64,000 nt of DNA from a virus (lineage: Duplodnaviria > Caudoviricetes): positions 1 through 64,000 of the IMG/VR virus record IMGVR_UViG_3300037755_000886; one strand, 5' to 3'. How positions within the stretch are numbered: the first letter of the stretch is position 1; every line of letters begins with the position of its first letter. Below the pieces are notes generated by a model. That model was not told where the DNA came from. It saw nothing but the letters and a program-made list of their open reading frames with translations, and made no database searches. Of this stretch, positions 24,284-33,921 are shown piece after piece. Both the position numbers and the translations under genes were made by a program.

Positions 24284-24843
24284 CAGCCGAGGGCCTTCAC
24301 GAGTACGGAGCCGAGCTGCTCCGTGGCCACCACCTGGATCTTGGCCTTGACCGTCTCGCGGGCCTTGGCCATGACGTCGGCCAGGTCACCCTTGACGGCC
24401 TTCTCGATCTCTTCCTCCAGCATCCGCCGGAAGGGCGAGAGCTGGTCGCGGCGGGAACCAGTGGTGGGACGGGCCTCGTTGAGCCAGGCGGCCACGTCCT
24501 TGAGGATCACCTCTCGTAGGGTTGTCGGCTCGCCTCGGGCCTCGCCCCACTGGTTGGTGGGCTGGACGGCGCCGGCCAGGGCCTCAGCCACGAGCTTGTC
24601 CAGCTCGCCGCGGATGGACGCCTTCATCTCGGCCGTCACCTGGTCGCGCAGGGAGCGGTAGGCGGCCTGGTCAGCCTGCGCCACGAGGAGGTGGGCGGCG
24701 CGCTCGACCACAAGGTCGACCAGGCGCACGGGCCCGTTGCGGTCGGCACCCACCACGAGCTGGGCCGGGGTCAGAGTGAAGGTGATGCCGTCGGCAGCGA
24801 CGTCGGGCGGCTCGGGTTCATCGGTGGGGTCATAGTCGGTCAT
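24283..24843 (-). CDS. Helical hypothetical protein
   Basis: Coupled; PTNQWGE..GEPTTL motif. Confidence 0.65.
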   Translation of the reverse strand: MTDYDPTDEPEPPDVAADGITFTLTPAQLVVGADRNGPVRLVDLVVERAAHLLVAQADQAAYRSLRDQVTAEMKASIRGELDKLVAEALAGAVQPTNQWGEARGEPTTLREVILKDVAAWLNEARPTTGSRRDQLSPFRRMLEEEIEKAVKGDLADVMAKARETVKAKIQVVATEQLGSVLVKALG

Positions 24844-25091
24844 GGGGCTGCTTCTCCGAGGCGGTGTGTGTCGATCGGGGCTGTGATGTCGAGGGCGCCC
24901 TGCAGGTCTGCGATGACACCGAGGACGCCGGCCGGTCCGAGTTCGACGCCAGCGTCGAGGGCGTTGGCGACCAGATGCAGGACCGGGATGGCGTGACGGA
25001 TGGCGTGGATGAGGGTCTGGTTGTGGGCCCGGAGGACCTCCACCGACGCTTGGTCGGTGGAGGCATCCGGGGCGGCGATGGCCAGGGACAT
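24840..25091 (-). CDS. Hypothetical protein
   Basis: Coupled overlap. Confidence 0.5.
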   Translation of the reverse strand: MSLAIAAPDASTDQASVEVLRAHNQTLIHAIRHAIPVLHLVANALDAGVELGPAGVLGVIADLQGALDITAPIDTHRLGEAAP

Positions 25092-25101
25092 GACTGGCAG
25101 G

Positions 25102-25674
25102 TCAGATGTCGTTGGGGTTGACGGGGGACTGGTAGGTGGCGGCCGGTGCCTGGTAGGCGGGTTGGGCGGGCTGGGCTGCCACCGGCGGCGCCTGCTGGTA
25201 GGCGGTAGCCGGGGCTACGGGAGCGGCAACGGGCGCTGCGACGGGGGGAGGCTGATAGGCGGGAACGGGGGCAGCTGCGGTCGGCTGGTTGAACGTGGGA
25301 CGGGCCGGATCAAATGTCGGGTTCTGGGCAAGCCACGCCTGTGCGGTCAGGACCGCGTTCGGGTCCTCCGCACAGTCAGCCAAGACCCATGGCGGGTCCT
25401 GGCCGGGCTTGGCCTGACCCTGGGTCATGGCCGCGAGGACCATCTGGCCGATGCGGGACTGAAGGGCAGAGACGAGGCCTTTCGGGAACCACAGGACGCC
25501 CTCGTGGAGCAGGCCGGTGGTGAGGTCGGCGACATCGCAGCGGATGGCGTCGGACGGCCCGTAGGTGGTGACGATGTCGTGCTCGACGGAGTGGGGCTTG
25601 ATGATGAGCAGGTGGTTGAGGACTTCCGCAGCGGGCAGTTGGGCGTTGGAGACGGGACTGGCGAATTGGGACAT
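25102..25674 (-). CDS. Putative ssDNA-binding protein of actinophage type
   Basis: HLLIIKP..T.YGPSDAIRCDV..GQAKPGQDPPW.L; P/A/Q-rich tail; next to exonuclease. Confidence 0.55.
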   Translation of the reverse strand: MSQFASPVSNAQLPAAEVLNHLLIIKPHSVEHDIVTTYGPSDAIRCDVADLTTGLLHEGVLWFPKGLVSALQSRIGQMVLAAMTQGQAKPGQDPPWVLADCAEDPNAVLTAQAWLAQNPTFDPARPTFNQPTAAAPVPAYQPPPVAAPVAAPVAPATAYQQAPPVAAQPAQPAYQAPAATYQSPVNPNDI

Positions 25675-25722
25675 GACGTTCCTTGGTTTGTCTGGTTGGT
25701 TTGTCTGGTTGGTTTGCTGATG

Positions 25723-27693
25723 TCACACCACGGCCAGGGCCGCGGCGAGAAGGGGGTGATTGAGCACGGCGTCCGAGTCCTTCGGTGATTCGATGCCCAG
25801 CCGCTTGGCCGCCTCACGGCCAGCTGCCCAGACCCGCCGGCGGTCATCGCCATAGGCCGCGAGCACGGCTGCTGGCTGGTCAACGACAAGGACGCCGTCA
25901 CGGTCAACGAGAATCCGATCGGGAAGACAGATGGTGTCGGCGACCATGTCCAGTAGACCGAGCAGGTCACCGTGCAGGTTGAGCGGGGAGGGGACGCCGA
26001 GCGCCTTGCAGAGGGCCTGCTCGCTGATGTCGTACGAGGCGGCCAGACCGAACGCGTTGGTGATGCGCTCCTGCCGGGGTGCCCATTCAGCCTCAGCGGC
26101 AGAGACCAGGCCCTCAATGATCGCGATGTGAGCCTCGGTGATACGCCCGATCGACAGGCGTGGCACCTTCTCGTGGCGGGCGGCGGCGAACACCGACTGC
26201 TCAAGATCTGGCGGCAACGCTCGACCTCGTGCCACGAGAGCTAACACCCGAGGGTCATCGTTAGGTACAACGATGTTCGCGGGGTCAGTCGGATCGTCAC
26301 GCTCAGGCCAGGGGGCGCGCACGGCGTTCTCGGCGTCGGTGATGGCCCGCTGGATGAGCTTGAGTTGGGTGAGCGTCTGCTCGGAGGACTGAGTGAACGT
26401 GGGCACGGGAGCCCCATCGATCACCGGCCAACGGGCCGCTAGCTGATCCCTGCCACCGGCGATGGTGACCAGGGCGTCGCGCCGTTCCACCAACCATGCC
26501 CGCTTGGCGGCCCGGTCTGGTTGCGGCCTGCCGTTAGTGTCCGGGAGGCCTGCGAAGGGGTCTGCTGGTTGTAGGGCTGCGATGACCTTGGCGAGCGGCT
26601 GAAAGATGGGTGCGGGGGCGGTGTTCTCGCCAGCGACCTCGATGCGGGCGTCGTCCGGGTCGAAAGGATGGGGTTCGGTGGGAGGTGAGCCAGGCCCCTT
26701 ACTGTCCGGTCCGTGGGGTTGCACCGGTGTATGTGCCGGCACGGCCATGTCCTCCGGGCTGCGCTTGACCGACTCCACGGGGGCCCCTCCCCCATCGCCG
26801 GTCAGCGGCACTGGGTCATCACCCCCCACCGAGAACTTGCCGAGAGCGGGACGCAACGGCTTGGTGTTGCCATAATGCTTGAGGGTCACAAGCGCAAGGA
26901 ACGCGTCGGCTGCACCAGTCAAGTCGACGGGGGTCAATCCCTTGTCCGGGTTGAAGACAAACCCAATGTCGGTGCGCAGATCAGCAGGTAGCGGGGTGTG
27001 CGTGTTCGCTTGCGCGTCGTAGATCGTTTCGGCGATCGTGACCGCGGCAAGTTGCATGGCAACTGTGTTGTGAACGGTGCCGAACTTGTTATCGAAAGCG
27101 AAGCAGCCACGCCCCAGGTCGTACTGGTCGAACGCTGCCCGCCAAGCGTCAAGAGGCTGAAATCGGATGATGCGATCTGACGTGCCCGCAAACCCGTGGG
27201 CGAACGAGCAAACAGTGAACTCGGAGCGGACGATCGTGACATTGGCCATGCTCACCACATACTTGGTGGCGATGTCCCGCATCGGCTTGGGGAGATCCAG
27301 CCCGTTGACTTTCGACACCTGACCAGCCGGTACAAGCTCGTCGAGGCGTTCCGTGAGCGCGTGATACGCACTCCCCCGGTCGTTGGTCAGGTGTCCCTTC
27401 TCGATGATCTGCCCGGCAGTGGTGGCCAACTCGGCGACCCGGCGCAGCTCACCGTTGCGTGGCGGCCCGGTCGGGAGCAGATTGCCAGCAGCGACCTGCA
27501 CGGCGATGTCCTCGCGCAAAGCGGCGCCGAGCATCGCCATCTTGAGCTTCCAGTCACAGATGTGCTTCGGGTCGAGCAACCCGATGATCCCCGTGATGTT
27601 CGGCAACTCGATGACCTCGCCGGTGTCTCGGTGAGGGATCGGGTAAACCCGGGTGCCGTCGGGCCGATCGAGAGCAGCGAAGGGCGTGGTCAT
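25723..27693 (-). CDS. PD-(D/E)XK (Cas4/RecB-like) exonuclease with long C-terminal extension
   Basis: FAGTSDRI..DNKFG..MQLAA. Confidence 0.7.
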   Translation of the reverse strand: MTTPFAALDRPDGTRVYPIPHRDTGEVIELPNITGIIGLLDPKHICDWKLKMAMLGAALREDIAVQVAAGNLLPTGPPRNGELRRVAELATTAGQIIEKGHLTNDRGSAYHALTERLDELVPAGQVSKVNGLDLPKPMRDIATKYVVSMANVTIVRSEFTVCSFAHGFAGTSDRIIRFQPLDAWRAAFDQYDLGRGCFAFDNKFGTVHNTVAMQLAAVTIAETIYDAQANTHTPLPADLRTDIGFVFNPDKGLTPVDLTGAADAFLALVTLKHYGNTKPLRPALGKFSVGGDDPVPLTGDGGGAPVESVKRSPEDMAVPAHTPVQPHGPDSKGPGSPPTEPHPFDPDDARIEVAGENTAPAPIFQPLAKVIAALQPADPFAGLPDTNGRPQPDRAAKRAWLVERRDALVTIAGGRDQLAARWPVIDGAPVPTFTQSSEQTLTQLKLIQRAITDAENAVRAPWPERDDPTDPANIVVPNDDPRVLALVARGRALPPDLEQSVFAAARHEKVPRLSIGRITEAHIAIIEGLVSAAEAEWAPRQERITNAFGLAASYDISEQALCKALGVPSPLNLHGDLLGLLDMVADTICLPDRILVDRDGVLVVDQPAAVLAAYGDDRRRVWAAGREAAKRLGIESPKDSDAVLNHPLLAAALAVV

Positions 27694-28070
27694 GTGACAC
27701 CACCACCGGCGGGACGTTCAAGCGCGGCCAGTGCGGCAAGGCGAGCGTCCTCGGCTACCTGACCGGGCCAGTGCCCAGGTGTGACCGGGATGGGCTCTAG
27801 CCAGTGGTTGCAGTCGCAGGCGTTGGGATGCGAGATGTAGTGGCTGCCCGACTCGTACGCTCCACGGCCAGGGCAGTCGGTGGCTGTACGCAGCTTCACG
27901 ACACCGAGGTCGATGTCGCCCAGGTGCTCGGCGTCCCACCACTGGCACGAGCCCGTGCAGTTCTCGACGGGAGTTAGTGCGACGGTGCTCTCGAGGATCT
28001 CGAATCGCCACGTGTGGTTGGCGAAACCGACCGGACATTCTTCGATGTCGGCGTCGGGGATGCGGCTCAT
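27690..28070 (-). CDS. Cys/His-rich hypothetical protein
   Basis: ATGA coupling. Confidence 0.5.
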   Translation of the reverse strand: MSRIPDADIEECPVGFANHTWRFEILESTVALTPVENCTGSCQWWDAEHLGDIDLGVVKLRTATDCPGRGAYESGSHYISHPNACDCNHWLEPIPVTPGHWPGQVAEDARLAALAALERPAGGGVT

Positions 28071-28212
28071 GCGGCACCGCCAAAGTCGTCGGGGGCATCG
28101 TCATGCCAACGGTCGTCGTCAACCTCGACGGGCTCGTCGTCCCACGGATCGCTGTCGACTGGTGGCGGCAGGACGCGCAGGTGCCGGCGACGGTGGACGA
28201 GTGGCGGGGTGC

Positions 28213-28710
28213 TCACGCGACTCCCCTCTCGTCAGCGTCGCCGTCGACGAACTCGACGGCGTGCGGGGTCAGCGGCACGAGTGGACTGACCCACGGCCCG
28301 ACGGCCTCAGCGGGGCGTGCCCGGTTCCACTCTTCGGCGGCGGACACGGAGTCGGCGACGAGGATGGTGCGGACCTCGTCGAGGTCGAACGGCATGACCA
28401 GGTCGCCCTGGCAGAACAGGTGGAGTCGGCGCCCGGTCTGTTGGGTGGCGTCGACGCGATGAAACCAACGGTCCTCGTCGCTCCACACGAGGTCGCCGTT
28501 CTCGATGGCCGTGAGGGCTTTCTCGTGGCAGAGCGGCCGGTCGGCGCCCGACTCGCGTTCGACGCAGGCGGTCTCGCGCTCGTAGACGTAGGTGTCGGAG
28601 GCGTCGAGCACGGCACGCACAACCGACAGCAGCAGCGAGGGCTGGACCACGGGGGCCGCCTGGTTCGCGGCGGCGAGGGCGCGGGCGAGACGAATATCGT
28701 TGGCCATCAC
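28213..28710 (-). CDS. Hypothetical protein
   Basis: Coupled; typical codon usage. Confidence 0.55.
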   Translation of the reverse strand: MMANDIRLARALAAANQAAPVVQPSLLLSVVRAVLDASDTYVYERETACVERESGADRPLCHEKALTAIENGDLVWSDEDRWFHRVDATQQTGRRLHLFCQGDLVMPFDLDEVRTILVADSVSAAEEWNRARPAEAVGPWVSPLVPLTPHAVEFVDGDADERGVA

Positions 28711-29525
28711 GCGCCGCCCTCGATCGGGAACCCGCCGCTAACGAGCGCGGCGATCACGACGTCCCGGTTGAGGGGGTCGAGGATGATGGCGAGCGCCACC
28801 GACCCGGCGGTGCGGTCGTCCTGGGCGAGGCAAGAGGCGACGTACTCGCCGTCGATCAGGTCGATGAGGGCCTGGCGGCGTTCGCGGTCCTCGGCCTCGA
28901 TCTCGTCGAGGGCGCGCATGGCGATCTCGCGCATCTCGGGATCAACGGTCGGGGCGAAGGCGCCACACCTGTCCGCCTGGCGCTGCTCTTCTTCGACAGC
29001 GGCGAGGAACTCTGTCCGGTGCTGGTCGGCCTGGTCCTTGCGGCCCTCGGCGAACGCCGCGGTCTGGGCTTTGTCGAGCATCAGGCGGATGGCATCGATC
29101 AGGTAGACGCCCCCGGGTAGCTCACCGAGGCGTTCGGCAAGCAGGGCGTGCAGGTCGAGGTCGAAGGCGCCCCAGTCGGCCAGCGCAGCGTTCGCCTCGG
29201 CCAGCTCGTCACTGGCGCACGCCCGGCCGGCGAGCGCTCCCTGGGTCAGGTCGAAGAGGACGTCGAGGGCATGCTGCGTTCGGGCATGGCTGGCCCGCTC
29301 GCCGTCGAGGTCGGCGGTCAGTCGGACGAATCGTCGAGCGACTGTCTCGTCGCGTCGGGCGTCGGGGGGATCGATGGGCGTGCTGGCGCCCTGGACGGTG
29401 AAGGCCTCGCAGGCGCACTGGAGGCCCGCTGGGAACCCGACGGCGCCACCGGAGCATCGGCGTCCGTCCGTCGGATGCTCGGCGAGGAGGTGCCCGCAGG
29501 TGCAGAGGTCGAGGGGATCGGTCAC
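28707..29525 (-). CDS. Hypothetical protein with N-terminal Cys/His knuckle and coiled coil
   Basis: CTCGH..EH..C..C.C.AF. Confidence 0.55.
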   Translation of the reverse strand: MTDPLDLCTCGHLLAEHPTDGRRCSGGAVGFPAGLQCACEAFTVQGASTPIDPPDARRDETVARRFVRLTADLDGERASHARTQHALDVLFDLTQGALAGRACASDELAEANAALADWGAFDLDLHALLAERLGELPGGVYLIDAIRLMLDKAQTAAFAEGRKDQADQHRTEFLAAVEEEQRQADRCGAFAPTVDPEMREIAMRALDEIEAEDRERRQALIDLIDGEYVASCLAQDDRTAGSVALAIILDPLNRDVVIAALVSGGFPIEGGA

Positions 29526-29788
29526 GTCGTCGCCTCCGCGTCCGGGGCGTCGTCGACATCAGCGACGTACGTGTAGCGGTCGAAGGTGGCGACGCCGTAC
29601 AGCCGGTAGACCAGTGCGACGATGGCGGCGTCGTGCCGTACGCGGGCCTCGTACTCCAGTGACACCCCGCCCATCTCCGGGTTGGTGGCGTCGAGGGCCT
29701 CGACGAGTTTCTGCAGGTATCCCTGTGCGATCTCGCCGTCGAAGCGCGGCGGGGCGTCCGCGTTGGTGAGCACGTAGTGGCCGCTCAT
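29522..29788 (-). CDS. Hypothetical protein
   Basis: TGATG coupling. Confidence 0.5.
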   Translation of the reverse strand: MSGHYVLTNADAPPRFDGEIAQGYLQKLVEALDATNPEMGGVSLEYEARVRHDAAIVALVYRLYGVATFDRYTYVADVDDAPDAEATT

Positions 29789-30126
29789 CAGGCGCCGGCC
29801 TTCGGGATGTGCCCGCCGGAGCGCAGGCGTCGGATGGCCCGGGCCAGGGTGGTGGCGAGGAGCGTGTGGTCGGGGTGGTCGTTGGGGAGGTGGGCGACGA
29901 CGACGGTCCAGCGGCGGCCGTCGAGGCGCTCCATGCCGATCCACGAGCCGTCGAGGCGGTAGCCCGCCCCGAAGGGCACGAGGCGCACACCGTCGACCGT
30001 GCGGGTCTTGTGGCGCCGCCCGGTCTTGGGGGCCGGCTCGCGGGGCCCGGCGGGCAGGCGCCGGGGCGGGTAGCCCGGGTCGCTGTAGCCCGGCGTCGGC
30101 CTGACGAGCGTGAAGGCGGTCGGCAT
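29788..30126 (-). CDS. Hypothetical protein
   Basis: Coupled. Confidence 0.45.
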   Translation of the reverse strand: MPTAFTLVRPTPGYSDPGYPPRRLPAGPREPAPKTGRRHKTRTVDGVRLVPFGAGYRLDGSWIGMERLDGRRWTVVVAHLPNDHPDHTLLATTLARAIRRLRSGGHIPKAGA

Positions 30127-30316
30127 CGTCACGGCGTCACCGCCCGACGGACAGCGGCCCACACGCGGACAATGACCGGGCGGGCGTCGACGTGCCAGCG
30201 CCCGCAGGAGCTGCACAGCGACCAGTCACACGGGACGGCGCGGGTGCGAGCGTCGGCCGCGGCGTGCAACTGCGTGGCGTACGAGACGCGCCCGGCACAG
30301 GCGTGGAGGAGGAGGC

Positions 30317-30550
30317 TCATGACGGGCCACCTCGGCGGCGCCTCTGCGCATCGATCTTGCGCGCCGCCTTGATGACGCCGGGCCAGCGGGGGTGGCCGCC
30401 GTCGGCCGGTGGGAACTCGCGCATGTCGAGGGCGAGGGCTTCCAGGAAGCCGGAGAGGCTCACGCCCTCCTCGGCGGACACGTTGTGCCACACCTCGTGC
30501 TGGAGGGGCTCCAAGTAGCAGTGGAGGGCGAGGCGGTTCTTGGCGCCCAT
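30317..30550 (-). CDS. Small DNA-binding-like protein (RHH-like)
   Basis: Beta-helix-helix pattern ..SAEEGVSLSGFLEALA. Confidence 0.45.
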   Translation of the reverse strand: MGAKNRLALHCYLEPLQHEVWHNVSAEEGVSLSGFLEALALDMREFPPADGGHPRWPGVIKAARKIDAQRRRRGGPS

Positions 30551-30551
30551 G

Positions 30552-30899
30552 TCACGCCACCGCCTTTGCCGCTGCCCGCAGGACGGCCAGCCGGGCGCGC
30601 CACTCGGCGTTGAGCAGATCGATCTCGGCCTCGTCGCAGGTGTCGAACCCGCGGGCGACGACGCTCCTCGCGTCGAGGTCGAGGGCCGCCATGCCGACGC
30701 CGAAGTCGCCGTAGACGTGGCCGAGGACGCAGTTGTCGGCGCGGCAGATGTCGAGCCGGTCGACGGCAATCCGGTTCAGCCAGTCGGCGGGGGCCTGGCG
30801 GCTGTTGAGGAGCGCGATGCCGGACTCGACGCGCTGGTCGATCGGCGGGAACGTGGGGGTGGGGGACGGGTTTTCGGGCGCGGTTAAGCCGGGCATCAT
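30552..30899 (-). CDS. Conserved actinophage hypothetical protein
   Basis: RV..G.ALL..W...I..D.LD....NCVLGHVYG. Confidence 0.6.
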   Translation of the reverse strand: MMPGLTAPENPSPTPTFPPIDQRVESGIALLNSRQAPADWLNRIAVDRLDICRADNCVLGHVYGDFGVGMAALDLDARSVVARGFDTCDEAEIDLLNAEWRARLAVLRAAAKAVA

Positions 30900-30929
30900 C
30901 GGGGGTTGCTCCAAGGAGGTCGGGGCGGG

Positions 30930-31319
30930 TCAGGTTTTCGGAAGGGCGGAGGCCCGCTCCTGTGCCTGCACCGGCGGATGAAGTGCGGCAGCGAGGAGCG
31001 GGCCTCCGGGTGGCGGCCCGTCGAGGGGGGATGACGGGTCCGCCGCACGTCCGGCGGGAGAATGCCGGGCGGTCGTAGGAGGGTTGGATAGGACGTCGGC
31101 GAGGTCGGCGACGTCGAGGTGTTCGATGTCGACGTTCGCGGACCAGAGTTCGATGAGGTGGCGGCTGTAGCGGCGGCACCGCCCCTGGCCGAATGTCGAC
31201 TTGTGCTGGATGCACGCGGGGACGCGGCCCTGGTCGACCATGCGCCGCCATGTCGCGGCCGTGACGCCGATCATGGCGCCGGCCTGTTCGGCGGTCAGCA
31301 GCACCGGCCGGACGGTCAT
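30930..31319 (-). CDS. Excisionase-like HTH protein
   Basis: LLTAEQAGAMIGVTAATWRRMVDQGRVP. Confidence 0.65.
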   Translation of the reverse strand: MTVRPVLLTAEQAGAMIGVTAATWRRMVDQGRVPACIQHKSTFGQGRCRRYSRHLIELWSANVDIEHLDVADLADVLSNPPTTARHSPAGRAADPSSPLDGPPPGGPLLAAALHPPVQAQERASALPKT

Positions 31320-31461
31320 GAGACGGCCCTTCGTGCGGCTGGCGGGCGCATGATCGTGGCGATGCGCTCGATCGCGGCCGGGTCGGTGACCCTGGCCGTG
31401 AGGCCCTGCGCGACCGCGGACGCCTCGGCCCACTCGTGGCATGCGACCAGCTGGGCGTCCG

Positions 31462-31833
31462 TCATGACGCGGCCTGCAGAGGCTGGCGGCGGCGGGGCTT
31501 GCTCGCGGCGATCAGGGGGGCGGTGGTCTGCGCCTGACCGATCTCGACCCGGCGACCGGCGGGGCGGGCCGATGCTGGCGACTCGCTGTCGGTCTCGAAG
31601 TAGGGCTCGAGGATCGTCGTCCAGTCGCAGCCGACGATCTCGCAGTAGAGGGCGATCGTGGCGAGCAGGGCCGGGAGGGTTGGGACCTTGCCGAGCTCGA
31701 AGCGGGACACCTTGGTCTGGTCGGCGTTCATGAGCTGCGCCATCTGGACCTGGGTGAGTTCGGCGGCTTCCCTTGCCTCGACCATCCGTCTGCCGCTGGT
31801 CTCTTCTGGGCGAGGGGCGGGGTCGCTGTTCAC
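31462..31833 (-). CDS. Cro-like XRE regulator
   Basis: REAAELTQVQMAQLMNADQTKVSRFELG; divergent from repressor; likely leaderless GTG. Confidence 0.8.
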   Translation of the reverse strand: MNSDPAPRPEETSGRRMVEAREAAELTQVQMAQLMNADQTKVSRFELGKVPTLPALLATIALYCEIVGCDWTTILEPYFETDSESPASARPAGRRVEIGQAQTTAPLIAASKPRRRQPLQAAS

Positions 31834-31915
31834 ACCTACCATCTAAGTGTGCCACGCCTAGGTGTGTCAAGCGGAAGTTCTAGGTGTAGCCCGAATCCTC
31901 AAGCTCCCTTACAAT
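31831..31915. promoter_or_regulatory. Lysis/lysogeny switch: divergent promoters and operators
   Basis: Minus-strand TTGACA at 31865-31870; TACAAT at 31910; near-palindrome CACGCCTAGGTGTG and repeated CTA(G/A)GTGT half-sites. Confidence 0.6.
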
Positions 31916-31985
31916 CAGCCCAGGTACCCCGCTGACGAGTAGGCGCGATATGCTTAGCCGTGTCCTGGAGCCCGGTCCAACAAGC

Positions 31986-32375
31986 ATGACGGCGAGCGGC
32001 GACCCTCTGCCCTCGGCGATACGAGAGGCGTACGAGGGGAAGGGGCTCAGTCAGGTTCAGGTCGCCCGACGCATGGGCGTCGACCAGACGCGGATCAGTC
32101 GGCTCGCCCTGGGGAAGTGGAAGCCGGAGAACGGCCCAGACCCGGACGTCCTCGCACGCATCGAGGAGGCCTGCGGGCGGCCACGAGGCTGGATCTTGAT
32201 CGCGGCCGGCTATGTCGCTGACGTCGGCGTACTGACGGTCGAGGACGCCATCAATGCCGACCGGGCCCTAACCGAGCCCCTTCGCCAGGCGCTACTTGGC
32301 CACTACCGGGGAGCCGTCGAGAGCCTCAAGCAGAGCCTCGGCACCAGAGGCGAGGCTCGCAACGAAGGCGCGTAG
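31986..32375 (+). CDS. CI-like XRE repressor
   Basis: KGLSQVQVARRMGVDQTRISRL..W.P..L..IE. Confidence 0.8.
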   Translation: MTASGDPLPSAIREAYEGKGLSQVQVARRMGVDQTRISRLALGKWKPENGPDPDVLARIEEACGRPRGWILIAAGYVADVGVLTVEDAINADRALTEPLRQALLGHYRGAVESLKQSLGTRGEARNEGA

Positions 32376-32722
32376 GTCAGAGCCCATCGCGGCTCTTGCC
32401 GTGAGATCGGCCCGCTCGCGCCGTAGGGCGTCAAGCTCCCTGCGAATCGCGTCCCACTCCGCCTGAGTGTGCACCACGTTCGGTCTTTCGGCGTCCCCGC
32501 CAGTCGTGTCCGCCACGCTGCCCGCCTCTCTCAAATCAATGCCTGTGAGGGTACCGTTTCTGACGGTCCCGTGACGCCTAGTGCTAAACGTATGGTCAAC
32601 CTCGTCCCGCATGGCCGACCTCGACGCTATCGGAGTCAACAAGATCCCTGAGGGTATCGTTGACCACTCAAGGGCAGTTGATGCATGCCCCGTGGTGCAT
32701 GCCTTGGTCACTGCGGGGACCC

Positions 32723-32986
32723 TCACAGGCCGTTGCCGATCAGTCCCCGCAGGCCGTTGAGCGCGGCCCCCAACTCGACGAGGCCATCAGCGCACTCGAA
32801 CCGCGTCAGCGCCTCGTAGAACTCGCGGTCGTCGGCGGGCAGCGCATCGGCGACCGCCCACGCTTCCCGGTAGACCGCGACCGCCCGGTCGATGGCCGGC
32901 GCCAGGGCCGCCACCTCGGCGGTGGCCTCGGCCAGACGCGAGCGAAGCTCGGGGCTGAGGTCGGGGGGATCCTTCAACAGGGTCAT
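32723..32986 (-). CDS. Small helical hypothetical protein
   Basis: AGGAG RBS; divergent from the GntR gene. Confidence 0.55.
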   Translation of the reverse strand: MTLLKDPPDLSPELRSRLAEATAEVAALAPAIDRAVAVYREAWAVADALPADDREFYEALTRFECADGLVELGAALNGLRGLIGNGL

Positions 32987-33067
32987 GGCGCGTCTCCTGG
33001 CGCTGGGGGGTGCCACATTCCTGGTTCACGGTTATAGCTCCAACCCTGGACGAATGCCAGAGATTCA

Positions 33068-33095
33068 TTGCAATAACTGCTGTTCTGCGTATAGT
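33068..33095 (+). promoter_or_regulatory. Promoter for leaderless GntR mRNA
   Basis: TTGCAA-N16-TATAGT, ATG 7 nt downstream. Confidence 0.65.
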
Positions 33096-33102
33096 GATTG
33101 CT

Positions 33103-33921
33103 ATGACTCCAGTCCTCGCGGAACACCGCCCGAACTCACCGCATCGACGAGGTGCGATCTACCAGCAGATTGCCGATGACCTGCTCGAACGCATCACAGG
33201 CGGCGAGTTCCCGCCAGGGTCCCGCCTGCCAACCGAGCACCAGCTGATGGACCACTACCGGGCGTCGAGTACGACCGTCCGGGGCGCCGTGAAGGCGATC
33301 GCCGCTGCGGGAGTCGTCGAGACCCGCCACGGCGCCGGCAGTTTCGTGGTCGACCGGCTGCTCCTGTCGATCTACGCCACACACACCGAGGACCTCGACC
33401 GACGCGAGGGCATCACCGCACAGGACTCGTGGTCAACGGACGTACTCGACGCTGGCCGTGCACCACACCAGCGGTTCGAGTGCCTGAACGTCCCGGCCAC
33501 CGCCAGCGCGGCCGCGGTCCTCGGCGTCGAGGTCGACGATGCGCTCGTGAAGCGCCGGTGCTGGCGATCGGTCGACGGCGCGCCCGCGTCCATCGAGACC
33601 AGCCTGTTCCCCCGGTGGCTGGTCGAGGCCCTGCCCGAACTCGCCTCCCCCCACGACATCCGCCAGGGCACGACGTCCTACGTGGCCAAGCACGGGCACC
33701 CGATGACCCTCCACCAGGATCACCTCTCCGCCCGCCCCTTCACCCGGGAGGAAGCCCTGTTCTTCGAGGCGCCGCCGGGCGTTGTCGGTCTCATCCGAGA
33801 CCGGGTCTCCTTCGATGAGCCCGGTGGCCGCGTCCTGCGCTACATGGAGACGGTCTACCGATCGGACATGCACGAGGTCGTCTACGACGTGGCCGGCCGA
33901 GGGAATCGCCAGCTCCCATGA
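33103..33921 (+). CDS. GntR/HutC-family regulator with UTRA domain (KorSA-like)
   Basis: YQQIADDL..GSRLPTE..L..Y..S..TVR.A..G.GSFV; UTRA C-terminus. Confidence 0.92.
   Translation: MTPVLAEHRPNSPHRRGAIYQQIADDLLERITGGEFPPGSRLPTEHQLMDHYRASSTTVRGAVKAIAAAGVVETRHGAGSFVVDRLLLSIYATHTEDLDRREGITAQDSWSTDVLDAGRAPHQRFECLNVPATASAAAVLGVEVDDALVKRRCWRSVDGAPASIETSLFPRWLVEALPELASPHDIRQGTTSYVAKHGHPMTLHQDHLSARPFTREEALFFEAPPGVVGLIRDRVSFDEPGGRVLRYMETVYRSDMHEVVYDVAGRGNRQLP

Noticed and set aside
32292-32516. Small minus-strand coiled-coil ORF overlapping the repressor 3' end
   Set aside because: Plausible RBS, but an 84-nt convergent overlap and no recognisable motif; not enough support.
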